Both the position numbers and the translations under genes were made by a program. Of a stretch of 64,000 bases of DNA, positions 1 through 12,614 are shown in pieces. The stretch is from Callorhinchus milii. Lineage: Eukaryota. The notes under the pieces are model-generated. The model was not told the DNA's origin, did no database searches, and saw only the letters and a list, made by a program, of their open reading frames with translations. Location: the NCBI RefSeq assembly GCF_018977255.1, contig NW_024704760.1:3224001-3288000 (forward strand). Reading direction: 5' to 3'. Every line of letters starts with the position of its first letter. Position 1 is the stretch's first letter.

Positions 1-32
1 CCCCCCCCCCCTCACCCCCCAAACCCACTCAC

Positions 33-162
33 CCATCTCTGCCATCTCTCCCGGTGCAGTGAGCGCACCGCCCGCAGAAGGGGTCGCAGCGTAGAGCGAA
101 TTGGAAGAACTTTTTCGCCCAAAAAGTTTGCTGATGGTACCACTGCCTCCGGACCTCCTCAT
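33..162 (-). CDS. C6orf132: First coding exon of a C6orf132-like gene (gene continues left of the window)
   Basis: Minus strand ATG at 162 reads MRRSGGSGTISKLFGRKSSSNSLYAATPSAGGALTAPGEMAEM, then G|gtgagt donor (130 nt, phase 1). GTxSKLFGxK...SLYA resembles the recalled C6orf132 N-terminus. Divergent orientation to GUCA1A matches human 6p21.1. Confidence 0.7.
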
Positions 163-166
163 CGCG

Positions 167-169
<3 letters not shown>

Positions 170-225
<56 letters not shown>

Positions 226-357
226 TAGAGAGAATGAGAGAGAGAGAGAGAGAGAGAGGCGCTGCTCATCACTCCATCACTGCCTCTCAATCACTCTCTC
301 CCTCTGCAGTCGGAGAGCTCTGTGTGTGTTGTGTTGTGTTGTGTGTTGTGTTGTGTG
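170..357. repeat. (CA)n/(GA)n and (TGTGT)n microsatellites upstream of the C6orf132-like ATG
   Basis: acacac then agagag at 170-257; tgtgttgtgtt at 321-356. Confidence 0.9.
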
Positions 358-1180
358 AGTGTCTCCTCCACTGAACAGTCCAACTCCTCCTCCGCCTTAA
401 CCATAGCAACACAGCAGCGCATTGCACCTCATCTGACAGGTCCAACAGGTAAAACCAGCCCTTTTTTTTTTAATAATGCATTTATTTATTATATATACAT
501 ATATACATATGGAGGAAATCTGCAATCAAAGGCAACTCTGATCTGGTCAGACATCCCCCATCCCACACCCCCCAAAAAAAAAAAATCCCACCTGTTTTTC
601 GTTTGCAATTGATTCCCCACTGAAATAAAACATTTACTCATTAAATCTCATCTTATTATACATATATATATATTATATTTTTGTTTCTCCCCACCCCCCC
701 CCACCCAAAAAAAAATGCTTTGCTTTTAAGTGTCTGCCTTTTCTTTTTCTCTCCTCTCCTCTCTCTCTTCTCTTCTCTCCTCTCTCCTTCTCTCTCCCCT
801 CTCGATTGTCGACGTATATTTTCTCTTATGATATCAAAAAAATAAATAGCAACAGATGATAATCCTGGCTTTTTGATGCAGCGCCTTGCCCGGGGGGGGG
901 GCACGAGAGGAGAGAAGCGACCGTAGAAACGTGGTCAAAGGTAACCTGTTTTGGATGCAATTTGGAAATAATAGTGATAACAAACGCTTGTGTTTTAGAT
1001 AACACGGTGTGTGTATCAACGTTGCAAAGCACGTCCCTGGGATCTGCTGTCAAGCATAGTGATTGCGCATTCGTAGGCAAATGAGGCAGCTGTTTTGCAT
1101 CCGGCAACATGGCACCAAGCAAACAGTCCATCCAGTTGGACTATCATTGCGCAGATAATAAGTAGAGACGCTTCTCTTAA

Positions 1181-1495
1181 ATATATAATCCTTGCATTTG
1201 ATATAGCGCTTTTCACGTCGGGAGGACGTCCCAAAGCGCTTCACAGAACACACTGTAAAGTGAATTGACTGTATATTTGTGGGCGAACGCGGCAGCCAAT
1301 TGCGCACAGCAATGTCCCACAAACAGTCGTGGATTGAAAATGACCAATTTATTATTGTTTTTGGTTTTGGAGGGATTATTATTAGGCTCTGTGTGGAGTA
1401 AGGAAACTTGCCCAAGGTTTCGCCCTCTGCCTGGAATTGCACTCAGGTCTCTCGCTTGCAAAGCGAGTGCTCTAACCACTGAGCTACAGGACTCC
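1181..1495 (-). mobile_element. Full-length tRNA-derived SINE (Ala-like TGC head, L2-like 3' tail)
   Basis: Reverse complement begins GGAGTCCTGTAGCTCAGTGGTTAGAGCACTCGCTTTGCAAGCGAGAGACC and ends CAAATGCAAGGATTAT. Near-identical copies at 11631, 18569 and 21236. Confidence 0.9.
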
Positions 1496-3779
1496 ACTTA
1501 TCAATAAGAGGGGGCGTCCACAAAGTCCTCTTATTCCCCCCCCCCCCCCCCCCACCGTTACAAAACAGTGATACGAGACTTCGGTTGGAGCTGAAACAAG
1601 TTGTCAGAGGTGGGTTTTGCCTCTTCACTCGCTCCGTCCACGTTACGGAAAACGTGGCCCCAAACATGACGACGGATTTATCTGCCATTAAAATGGTGCG
1701 GTCACACACGCACACCGACAGATCCTCTGGACGTCTAAATACAGCGAAACGCATTTGTACTGAATACAACGCAGTAGTTCTAAATACAATTATCACCATT
1801 CTTCCGCGTGTTTCAGTCATTGATCAGTGCACTGTGTGTGTGTAAAAAAAAAGAGGGGTGGGGTGAAACAGGACTTTGTGGACACCTTGTAATGTGGTGG
1901 GATCCACTTGAACTCCAACACTTTATTATCATAACGGAGAGTGAGCCTGAACCCACAAACCTTTCTGACCCAAAGGCAAGCATGCTCTCAATTGGCCTTG
2001 AGGCTTCAGCCCTTGTAAACCTATTCTACAACTAAATAGTTTTGGTCTGTTTGCCTCATCGCTCCTTCAGAATCTTAAACACCTGTATCAGATCTCCTCC
2101 ACCCAGTGGAAAAGGTTTCCAAGTCAATCCACTTCCAGTGATTCCATCCATCTTGGGTTAATGTTTCCTGACATGAAGCCAACAAATTCCTCCGCGTTTG
2201 TGCTTTTTTTAATAACACAATAAGTCGAGTTCTTATTGTGTGTTTGTCTCACACGTCCGTCAAAATGTACCTGATCCCACTTAAAAATCTAAATCTTGCA
2301 CAACTACTTGTGTTTGAATGGGACAGATTTTTAGAAGCTATATTCAGAGTTGACGGCATCCTCCAACTATTTTCAGTTGGGAGGCAGGTGAAATGGGAGG
2401 TGGCTTTTCAGGCGTTATCTAGTTTACCCAACAATCTCTCGGAAAAGTACTTCTGGAATGTAGCAAGTCCGGTACATCAGAATCGTCGGTATTTGTGAAG
2501 CCCAATTATCTGAACAATGTGAGACAGTGTTTGTGTTAAGACGTTTCCCTAACTTGAAAATGACCTGCCTTTCAGACCTGCCTTTTTTTTAAACAATCTT
2601 AAGAAATTAGCTGCTCAGTTAGGAAAGAGAAGGGGCCGCAAATTGACCTCTGGGCTTCGTCTGCTAAGGTGGGGGTGGAGGAGATCAGCCAGGAATCCTG
2701 CTCCTGAGTTTCTATCTAATGACCTCTGCTAAAGAGAGGGTATTTTTGTGTTGTGCTTGAGGACTTTCTTCCCCCTTGCACCCCCCCCCCCCCTAACCCC
2801 CCCATATCCTATTAATATTTACTGTCCAGGTTCACATATGGATTTTTAATGCTTCACTATTTCCTTTTTGTGCCAAGTACAATTGTAAATGTGCAAATAT
2901 AATAGTATAATAATAAATAATAATCCTTGCACTTCATACAGAACCTTTCATGTTGTCGCAAAGCGATTCGCAGGATCACAATGTAAAGTGGATTGACTGT
3001 GTATTTTTTTTGTGAGCGAAACCCGGCAGCCAGTGGCGCAAAGCAATGTCCCACAAACAGCCGGAGAGCGAGTGAGCAATTTTATCAGGGGGATTTTTGG
3101 AAAAGACAGTGGGAGACGGAACCTCCCTTGTCTTTTTGAATAGCGCCGTGGGATCTTTAACATCCACCTGGACGTCCGACAATACAACTGCATTGGAGTG
3201 TCAGCTTGCCTTAGATTCCATGTCCCAACATGGGGTATCTTTCTCTCAGCAAGGCAGCAGGAGGGGAACTACAGTACAACTGGCACCGTCAACCCTGGAC
3301 CAAAACTTATTGTCCAGCATTTACTTGCACTTGAGATTGACAAGGATGTGAGCTGCTCCCATCACAGAAATCATTTCATTGACTCAATCAATAGGTGGAA
3401 AGGGTGCGTCCATTCCACCGAATGTATAATCCGGATAGCATGTTTAGAAAAGAATGTGCAAAATGCAAACATTTCCATTGTTTAAGCAACTTTTATAACC
3501 CAAATGCATTGAAGGCAGGATGTTTTTTCAATGGAATTTCTTACCAGTTTTCTTGACACGATAGATAATGCAAAGGGAACCACTAAAAACTAAGACGATT
3601 GCTCTGAACTGTGCAGTGCGACCACAACAAACACTATTATTAGTAGTATTATTATTATGTGATTGATCATTAAGGATCAGAAGGCAGGACTTTTTTTTGT
3701 GGTTTTCATTTTCACTGCAAAATCTTGGAAATTTAGATCTTTGCCAAGAGAACAACTGGTCATAATGCCTTAAATCATC

Positions 3780-4095
3780 ATAATAATAATCCTTGCATTT
3801 GATATAGCGCTTTATCACTTCATTGGGTCGTCTCAAAGTGCTTCACAGGATGTACTGCAAAGTGGAGTGACTGTGTATTTTGTGGGCCAAACGCAGCAGC
3901 CAGTTGCACACGGCAGTGCCCCACAAACAGCGGTAGTGTGAGCGACCAATTTATTTTTATTTGGAGGGGTGGGATTGTTGGCCAGGACACTGGGAAAGAG
4001 AAACTCTCTTCTCTTTTCGAATAGCGCCAAGGGATCGTGAACATCCACCTGAACAGGCAGACGGGACCTCGGTTTAACGTCTCATCTGAAGGACG
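3780..4095 (-). mobile_element. DeuSINE-type (SacSINE1/AmnSINE1-like core) SINE fragment
   Basis: Reverse complement contains GATGAGACGTTAAACCGAGGTCCCGTCTGCCTGTTCAGGTGGATGT...GATCCC core plus the (TTA)n tail. Other copies near 27575, 33265, 39668, 51060 and 57420. Confidence 0.75.
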
Positions 4096-5627
4096 GATGA
4101 GATGTTAAACCAAGGTCCAAAGCAAAGCCTTAGCATAAGATTTCCTAAAGTATCCAAACACGGGCCCGTTGCTTCCAACAAGCTCCTGGCACCATTCCAT
4201 CAAGCACCTAGACTGTCTCTCCCTAAATTGCCAAGGATTCAGCTTTATTAAAAGCGTATTGTTTTGGGGACTTTAGCTCCAGCTGTTGGATTGCAGCTGC
4301 AAATGAATCGGCGAAACCTGATAGGAGATGAAATCGGAATGTAATGAACAATGAGCATTTCTCCCATAAATGACATGAAACACGTAGCACCATTTATTAT
4401 TAATCCGACAAAGACGCTCCGAAACTTAAGCAGTCCATTTAGTCCATTCCAATATGTGCATTTTAAAGTAAGCCCTAAAATGGTAAAAAAAAAAAAAAAA
4501 AAATTTTTAGAGCGCTTTTGAGTCGTTTTTTTCTGGCTGTTCAAGTGGATGTTAAAGATGCCGTGACGCCAAGTCCTAAATACGTGTCTCTTGAGGAGCA
4601 ATCGCAGGCTAGGTCTCGCAATAAAGATGGGAGCAGAGGTTGAGAAGAGTCAAAAAAAAAAGCCAGGAGAGGCCATGAAAATCAAGATTCAAAAATTCCT
4701 CTTTACCCATTCTCATCCCGTCTTATCGGGGGTGACATTTGCTATCTGCAACCACCACCACAACAACAATTTGCGTTTATATATATTCACGTGAGGTACG
4801 GCCCTGGAGCGCTTTGAACTATCCCCTGATGTGTGCATTGCAGTTATATTAAGCTGGAATTTTACCCTAGACGTATATAATAATTGTAATAATCTTTGCA
4901 TTTGATACAGCGCCTTATCGCGTCTTCGAGACGTTTCAAAGCGCTGCACAGGATATACTGTAAAGTGAATGGACTGTATATTTTGTTGGGCGAAACGTGG
5001 CAGCCAATTGGGCACAACAGCGTCCCCACAAACAGTCGTGGATTCTATGTTGTGATTAACGGAGCGAAACCCTCAATGTTACAAGCCAACTGGATATATT
5101 TGCCTACGTCAGGTCCACTTCCCAAACCTGATGTCTCCCTCAAGTGGCCGCCGAAATAAATACACTTATTTAGTAAACGACGCAAAATACTGTATAATAG
5201 TGTCAAATCTACTTATTTCATTTGGAGCTCTCAATATCGCTGACGATACATCTGTATTTTTTTCTCTCTAACCGGCAGCGCGTGGCAAAAACTTCCAGGA
5301 AACTGCCCGCTTGAAACTAACTTGAAACTGACTAGATGAACAGGGGCGAAATTAGAGAGACCAACAACGAGAACTTGCATTTATATAGCGTCCCTCACGC
5401 GGGTGGTGTCCCGGGGCGCTTCCCGAACCTCGTCTGTGGCCGCTCATTGGTAGAAGCCCAGTTGTTATCAGGATGTCTACTGTAGGTGTCGTTTGGTCTC
5501 ATAAGTGTGTGGGTGTGTGTGTGTGTGTGTGGGAGAGAGTGCGAGAGAGAGAGGATAGATAAGATTTCAGGGCAGATGTATAATGGAATATCATAAACCT
5601 GGATTGCTAAGCTTCGCTAAGTTAAAC

Positions 5628-5677
<50 letters not shown>

Positions 5678-8600
5678 TTTTTAAGTGCTTTATAATTCCT
5701 GGTTGTCACTCAACTCGCTTCACAACCTGCTTCAAAGTGCCTTTCAATCCAGATTCGCTAGTACTGGTGGACATGTTCCTAGCAAAAGACTGTTTTTTAC
5801 CACATTTAAATGGATGGTACAGGCTCCCTCGGGAGATAGTGGAAGCAGAAAGTACATAGATTTGTTTTAGGAAATAATATCTTGGGATACAGCGTATAGT
5901 TTGGGACATGACATGTCATGCGACTGCTAGGATGGTGGAAGATGAACTGGATGAACTTTGGTCTAAAGCGCTCTAGAAGATGCAAGGATTATTATTTTTA
6001 TTATCTGGTAATTCACATACTAAATTTCCTTAACCCTCGTTAACCCTACAAGTTTCAGTTTCACCCACAAAACACAGTCAATCCACTTTACAGTGTATCC
6101 TGTGAAGCGCTTTGAGACATCTCAATGACGTGATATGGGGCTATATCAAATGCAAGTAGAATTATTATTATTATTACTACAAGCCAAAGCATTAACAGCT
6201 AGTGTGGTCCTAGCTGGACAAGTGATGGGAAGTTTGCCAGATAGTATTCGGGATCAGATGAGCAGGGTGTCCAGGAGAGCTCATGCACTCGGTTCCAGAC
6301 AAAAGGTTCTCGGTGCCATTTTTACTTTTATTTCTTAATTTCACAGATTTTGCTCATTGCATTCCACACCCTCTGATCATTTACAGGTGGCCAAACATCG
6401 ACTAAAGATCACCAGACCCGACGGGAAAGAGGATAAAGACCAGGGTCGTTTAACGCTCGCCCATTTAACCAGTTGCTTTGGCAAATCTCCTACATTTTGC
6501 CACCAAAAATAAATTCTTTCCTCTCACCCTTCTATTCACTGAACCAAACAAATACGAGCGGACAAAAGGCATCTGGTTCCACGGTTTTACCGGTTCACGA
6601 GTGCGAGAGAATGAGCAACAATTTTGGAGTGCATTACCATTCAGGACAACGGGGAAACAACAACAACAGCTTGCATTTATTTAGTGCCATTCGCGAGGGA
6701 TTAGCAAATGGGCCACATACCTGCAAACCGTGTTCCTTCCCGAGGACTGGACACAAGAAACGTACATGGAACATGCCTTGTGTAGGCATTATGAGTTGGA
6801 GATGATTCACGCTGCTGGAGCGAGGCACATTAAAAGCTCTGGGATGTACAACTAGCAACGCAGCCGTCATTTGTCAGAGAATTGTGCAGTTTGCTTTCGT
6901 GTTGCGAAAACAACAACAACAAAATTACATCGGGAGGACATCCCATTGCCTTCCAGCATGTTATTGCATGTAAAGCTTTGTGCAGATGAAATTAGAACAC
7001 AGGAATAGGCGGAGGCCATTCAGCCCCTCGAGCTTGTTCCGCCACTCTATCAGAACATGCCTGATCTGTACCTCGAGTCCATTCACCCGCCTTTGCCCCA
7101 TATCCCTTGACACCCTGACCTGACCTAACAGACATCTATCCACCTCAGTCTTGAAAATTTGAAAAAAAACAGCGTACCTTTTGTGGGTAAAAAAGGAAGA
7201 TCTCTTATTTCTTAGAGACACCGAGGAGCTTTATACTGCAGGGAAGCACAGGAAATGAAGTGATTTTTGTTTTGCATCCTGCAAGTACAATTTTCTTCTT
7301 TGTTCGGGCAAATGCAATCCCCATGACAACACAGGTACCAGTAAGTTACCAATAAGAAAGCTAACATACTTTAGACAAAGGATGCGGTTTTTTTCTCGTA
7401 CTGTATTATGTATAATATATATAGAACTGCAATCAATTTTGCTGGCACTTGAGCCGTGCTTTACGTTTGTCCTGTTCACTTCCGCCCACTTTACAGTGTA
7501 TTCTGTGAAGCGCTTTGAGACGTCTCAGACACCTGATTAAGGCGCTGTGTCCAATGCAAGGATTAATGTTAATTCACTTCGTAAGAGAGTGTGTTTTGTC
7601 ACAGGTTATACACAGGTTACACCACGCTGTGTGTTGTGCGTGCGAATGGTTTAAAAATAGGTTAAAAAATACGTCTGACATACAGTCCCAACAATTGAAG
7701 GGTAAAAGTGGAAACAAAACATAAAGATTGCACACGGACCACCTCTTGAGGCTTTTGCGAACCTTAATGCCAGATTTAAGTTAAGATTCCTTTTGAGATG
7801 TATCATTTTTCAAAACTCCTCAAATAATTATCTACTTCTCTCTTAGAACTTGTTATCAAATTGGATTTCACCAGAATTTCAGGCAATGAATTCCAGATCC
7901 GAACAACTTGGATATCGTGGATATCAACTTCCATAGCATACTTGAACAGGATTGTACACACTCCCAGACATGGCCTGACAGCAGCAACACTGTACAATTT
8001 TAGCTTGACTTCTGGGCATCTAATAATGATAATAATCCTTGCATTTGATACAGCGTCTTATCACGTCTTCGAGACGTCTCAAAGCACTTCACAGAATATA
8101 CTGTACTCCAGTGAAATGTTCTTAAATTAATTGTAACGTGCCCTGTGTACTAAACATTCCTTAACATGTTCATAATTAACCACGGCGACAGTGAATATTG
8201 ATCCCATCTTTTGTATTGTTTGTAAACTCATTGAATCAAAAGTCTTTCTCTCCTTCCCACTTACTTGTTGGTCTGCCTGGGTCACTGGTTACTGTGTGAC
8301 ACAGTAACAACAACAACAACAATTTGCATTTATACAGCGCCTGGACATATAAGTCGAATGGTGAGTATTTTACATTATTGCTCACCTTGTAAGCATTCTC
8401 CGACATGAAAGGATCATACCAAATGCAAGGATTATTAATTAGTATTATATTTAATTTCCAATACTAAGAAAATGTTGAGTAATGCCCCAACACTGATTTG
8501 CTATTGATTTGATCGATGCACATTCTTTTCAATTCAAAAATCATTGCTGTCTCAAACACAAACTCATCAGCTCACCAACCTAAGGAGATTTTGACTTTAT

Positions 8601-9279
8601 ATAAGAGTTAAGAAGAGCTTTACCTCGATTGGTTTTAGCGTAACCACAACATCACTATTATCTCTGAGATGTGAATCAAGCGGATCCATTGTACAATCTG
8701 AAAAGACACTCTTTAATCTACTGAGTGCATCTGTGTTTCCAAAGTCTACCCTAATGGTCTTTAATGGTGGGTTGTGGTCTGTTCAACCTGAGCATCAAGC
8801 GCCAAGGCTCGAACCACCCCATGCTAGTGCGAGCGTCGCTAGTTTGCTGCTCATATTGCTTGAAAAATACACAGTCGTTACACTTCACGGTGAGTCTTGT
8901 AAAGTGCTTTGAGACATCCTCCTGACGTGAAAGGCGCTGTGTCGAATACGGGGGTCTCTTGCACCAATTCGTGTCGATTTGGTGCGAGTCCATTGCAAGA
9001 ATAAGGAAATTGTGGTGTCTTTATTCAGAAGAAAAAATGCGTTCAGGTTGAATTCAGTCACATGGTCGGTTCCTGTTGACATGATGGACTGACGTTAAGC
9101 CTGCTTGGCCTATTTGAGGTCACGCTTATCTGCTTTGCTGCCTGCACACATAACACAGCTGCCCTCAGAAACCTCCTTCCCTTGGAAGAAGGCAGAGGTT
9201 GCGATCTTGCTAATTCCAGTCCTATCTTTACCAGTTGGCGCTGCTCACGAACACTCCAATTATCTTCTTAACAAATCTC

Positions 9280-9512
9280 CAAGATTAATTTAATAGCTTT
9301 AATCCTGATCTGTACTCTCTTCTCTCTTCTCTCTCTCTCTCTCTCCCTCTCTTTCCGCTGCCCCCATTTTCTATTGCTTTAAAATGCATTTCCACGGATT
9401 AGTTCAGTAGGACATCTCTCGTTGCTATTGGCTACTACTATATTTATGACCCCCTTACATATTGGCATCTAAATCGAGAGAGCTGTTACACGGGTTTATG
9501 GACTGATATAAG
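9280..9512 (+). promoter_or_regulatory. Putative photoreceptor promoter of GUCA1A: CRX/OTX cores, CCAAT boxes, TATA-like element
   Basis: AGATTA 9282-9287, TAATCC 9300-9305, GGATTA 9396-9401, ATTGG near 9427 and 9462, TATAAG 9507-9512, about 70 nt before ATG 9583. Confidence 0.55.
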
Positions 9513-9582
9513 GTTGTACGGGCGCGCACACACACACACACACACAAGGCATTGAAGCTAGAATCCAGGCTTCGCTTGGAAG

Positions 9583-12500
9583 ATGGGGAACACAAGTGGC
9601 AACACCGTAGAAGAATTGACGGCATGCGAGATCTCTCAGTGGTACAAGAAATTTATGTGTGAATGCCCGTCCGGCCAACTGAGACTCTACGAGTTCAAGC
9701 ATTTTTTGGGATTGAAGAATCTGAGCCCGGCCGCCAATAGCTACGTGGAGCAAATGTTCAACACCTTTGACATGAACCAAGTAAGGACCATCCAACGATT
9801 GTCCGAAAAAAAGTGGGTCAGTGATAGAGCTCGGAAGCGAAACGAGTGATCTGTTTGCAAGTCGTGTTGCAATCCTTCATTCCCTTTGTGGGGTAGGGGT
9901 GGGGTGGGGGGATGTGGGGGTGGGTGGGGGGGTGGTGGTTTAGCACAGTATTCAGTGAAACTCTTTCTTGTTGCATTTTAAACTTAATTTGGCGCATTGA
10001 TATGCTTGAAATAATAATAATCCTTGCATTTGGTATATGGCACCTCATCACGTCATCGAGACGTTTCAAAGCGCTTCACGCACTATACTGTAAAGTGGAT
10101 TGACTGTGCAACCTGTGTGCGAAACCTGGCAGTCAATTGCGCACAGCAATTATATACCGGGACTGTGTTTGTTGCAGTGCTTTATTCAAGGGGCTGCTGT
10201 TTGAGCTATGAACATCTGTGGAATAAAACGATGACCTCAACGATTTGACAAGGCGCGATATCAAATGCAGTAAATTGAAATTCCCCGTAGTCTGGGCCAC
10301 TAGACCACGAGTAAGAGAGAAGTGCCCTGTGCTGTTGTGCGCAGAGCCAAAAGAGATGCATTGGGGGCTCCAGTTCATCGAGAGCAGTGCAAAGGAATTT
10401 CCGTGTTGTTGGGAAGCTAAAGAGTAGACAACAAAAAACCAGCTGCTCTGCCTGCTGAGCCCTTTCAAAAGCTAAATCACAAACGTAGCCAGCAAACCAA
10501 TACAACGACGGTACAATTCTGCCTGTTCCAGGACGGATACATTGACTTCATGGAGTACGTGGCTGCTCTGAGCTTGGTGCTAAGAGGGAAAGTGGAACAG
10601 AAGTTGAGGTGGTATTTCAAAATCTACGACTTTAACAGGAATGGCACCATCAACAAGGAGGAGCTTTTACACATCGTCAAGGTATGAAGCCACACTGAAA
10701 GCGGTGGGATTCTTCTCCACTCGGCTCCTGAGAGGGTTAAAGTGAGCCAAATCCCTAATGCCTTTGGCCAGCTTGCCAGACACTGCTCTCGGCTGCAATT
10801 CAGAGTTAACCGATAAGCTCCTTAAAACCATTTTGTTTAAATCTACTTACAAGGTTTTCTTTAAAAAATAAATAAATGTATATATCTTTGAATTGTCACT
10901 CACCTCATTGCTGTCTGTGGCACCTCAATGCCCTAAAATGACTACTATTTTCCTACAGATGTTGTGGATCACAAGATTGGTTTGAATGAAGAAGGCCCTT
11001 TGATCTGCTTGATCTTATCAGTGGGTCAAAATATAGCAGTCAATGCACTTGATGATAATGACTTGCCAAGAGCTTTAAGATGTTTAGCCATATTAAACTG
11101 CTATAAAGATATAAGTACTTTCCTTCTATCTTCACGTTACTAATTTACTTGTAACTTGTTGCCCCTCTCCCACCCCGCCAAAAAAAAGGCAATCAGGTCA
11201 ATCAACGGACGTGAGCACGAAACATCAGCGGAAGAATTCACCAATATGGTGTTTGAGACGATGGATATCAATGGAGATGGTACGTGGCTTAAACTTCTCA
11301 CTGTTACCTTAAGAGCCGCAACTTTTTTTCCTCTCCTGTTGTGTTCACTATTATGTCTTCCAGTTTTGCACCTGAGTAGCCACTATTGATGTGCAAGTGG
11401 ACAGTGGGTGGGCTATTTACTTGAAGGTTTCCCAGGGGGCCAAAATTGCTTCAGGTCTCAGCCTTAAGGCACTTGTTTTACCATGTCAGAATGTTTTGGA
11501 AAATTCTTCTGTCCTTCAGATGAGACGTTAAACTAAGGTCCATTCTACCCTTTTAGCTGCACGTTAAAGATCGCACTGATCGAAAAGAGAAGGTTGTCGA
11601 CCCATTGGCTGGGTTGACAATATCCCAGATTGGAGTCCTGGAGCTCAGTGGTTAGAGCACTCGCTTTGCAAGCGAGAGACCTGAGTTCAATTCCAGGCAG
11701 AGGGCGAAACCTCGGGCAAGTTTCCTTACTCCACACAGAGCCTAATAATAATCCCTCCAAAACCCAAAACAATAATAAATTGGTCATTTTCAATCCACGA
11801 CTGTTTGTGGGGACGGTGCTGTGCGCAATTGGCTGCCGCGTTCGCCCACAAATATACAGTCAATTCACTTTACAGCGTATTCTGTGAAGCGCTTTGGGAC
11901 GTCTAGAAGACGTGAAAAGTGCTATATCAAACCCAAGGATTATTATTATTAAACTGATCATTAACTTCGTAGCTGTGGAACACTGGTGTGCAAATTAGCT
12001 GCCACATACACCTACAAAACACACATTCATTACGCTTTACGATTCACTCTGTGAAGCGCTTTGAGACATTCTCCTGGTGTGAAAGACAACATATCAAATA
12101 TAAGGGTTATTATTACTATTTTTATTCACTCTTAATTTGGGAGACAGGTTTTCGGAATTCGCTAATTCACCCAAATAAGAGTGAAGAATTGCACAATTCT
12201 GCGTAACCTTAACCCTTAAAACTATGCCGATTTCAGGCCACTAAAATACTACAGCAGTTGCTAGATATGGAAACAATTTAATTTTGTGTGACTTGCAACC
12301 TCTATTTTGGGGTGAAAACACATAAAACACAGCTGAAATAGCCTTATAAAAGATTCGTATTTCTGTTATTTTTTATTTTAAAAATTGCCATTTTTGTTTC
12401 TAAGCCTTTTACCACCAATCATGACTTATTTATTGACTTATTTATTGGGATCGATCAACTTCTGTTTCTCTCCCTTTTAGATGAGCTTTCCCTTGAGGAA

Positions 12501-12614
12501 TTCTTGGAAGGAGTCCAGAAAGATAAACTTTTACTTCATTTTCTGACCGAGAACCTGGATCTCTCGCACATCGTTGACGTGATCCAAAACAATGGGAAAT
12601 GTACAGAGAAGTGA
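9583..12614 (+). CDS. GUCA1A: Guanylyl cyclase-activating protein 1 (GCAP1), 4 exons, 190 aa
   Basis: Exons 9583-9780, 10532-10681, 11189-11279, 12481-12614; all GT-AG, 573 nt in frame. MG N-terminus, [14 protein letters not shown]1, [14 protein letters not shown]2, [14 protein letters not shown]3, DINGDDELSLEE EF4. Tail-to-tail with GCAP2. AATAAA cluster near 13259-13380. Confidence 0.9.
11631..11950 (+). mobile_element. Full-length tRNA-derived SINE in GUCA1A intron 3
   Basis: Same head, body and tail as 1181-1495. Confidence 0.9.

Noticed and set aside
101-612. Plus-strand ORFs with ER and CV repeats
   Set aside because: Microsatellite translations; the likely coding signal is the minus-strand C6orf132-like exon.
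11631-11705. tRNA-Ala-like sequences (also at 1420-1495, 18569, 21236, 22139 and 50180-50248)
   Set aside because: They are SINE heads: no proper acceptor stem, and each continues into a SINE body and tail.
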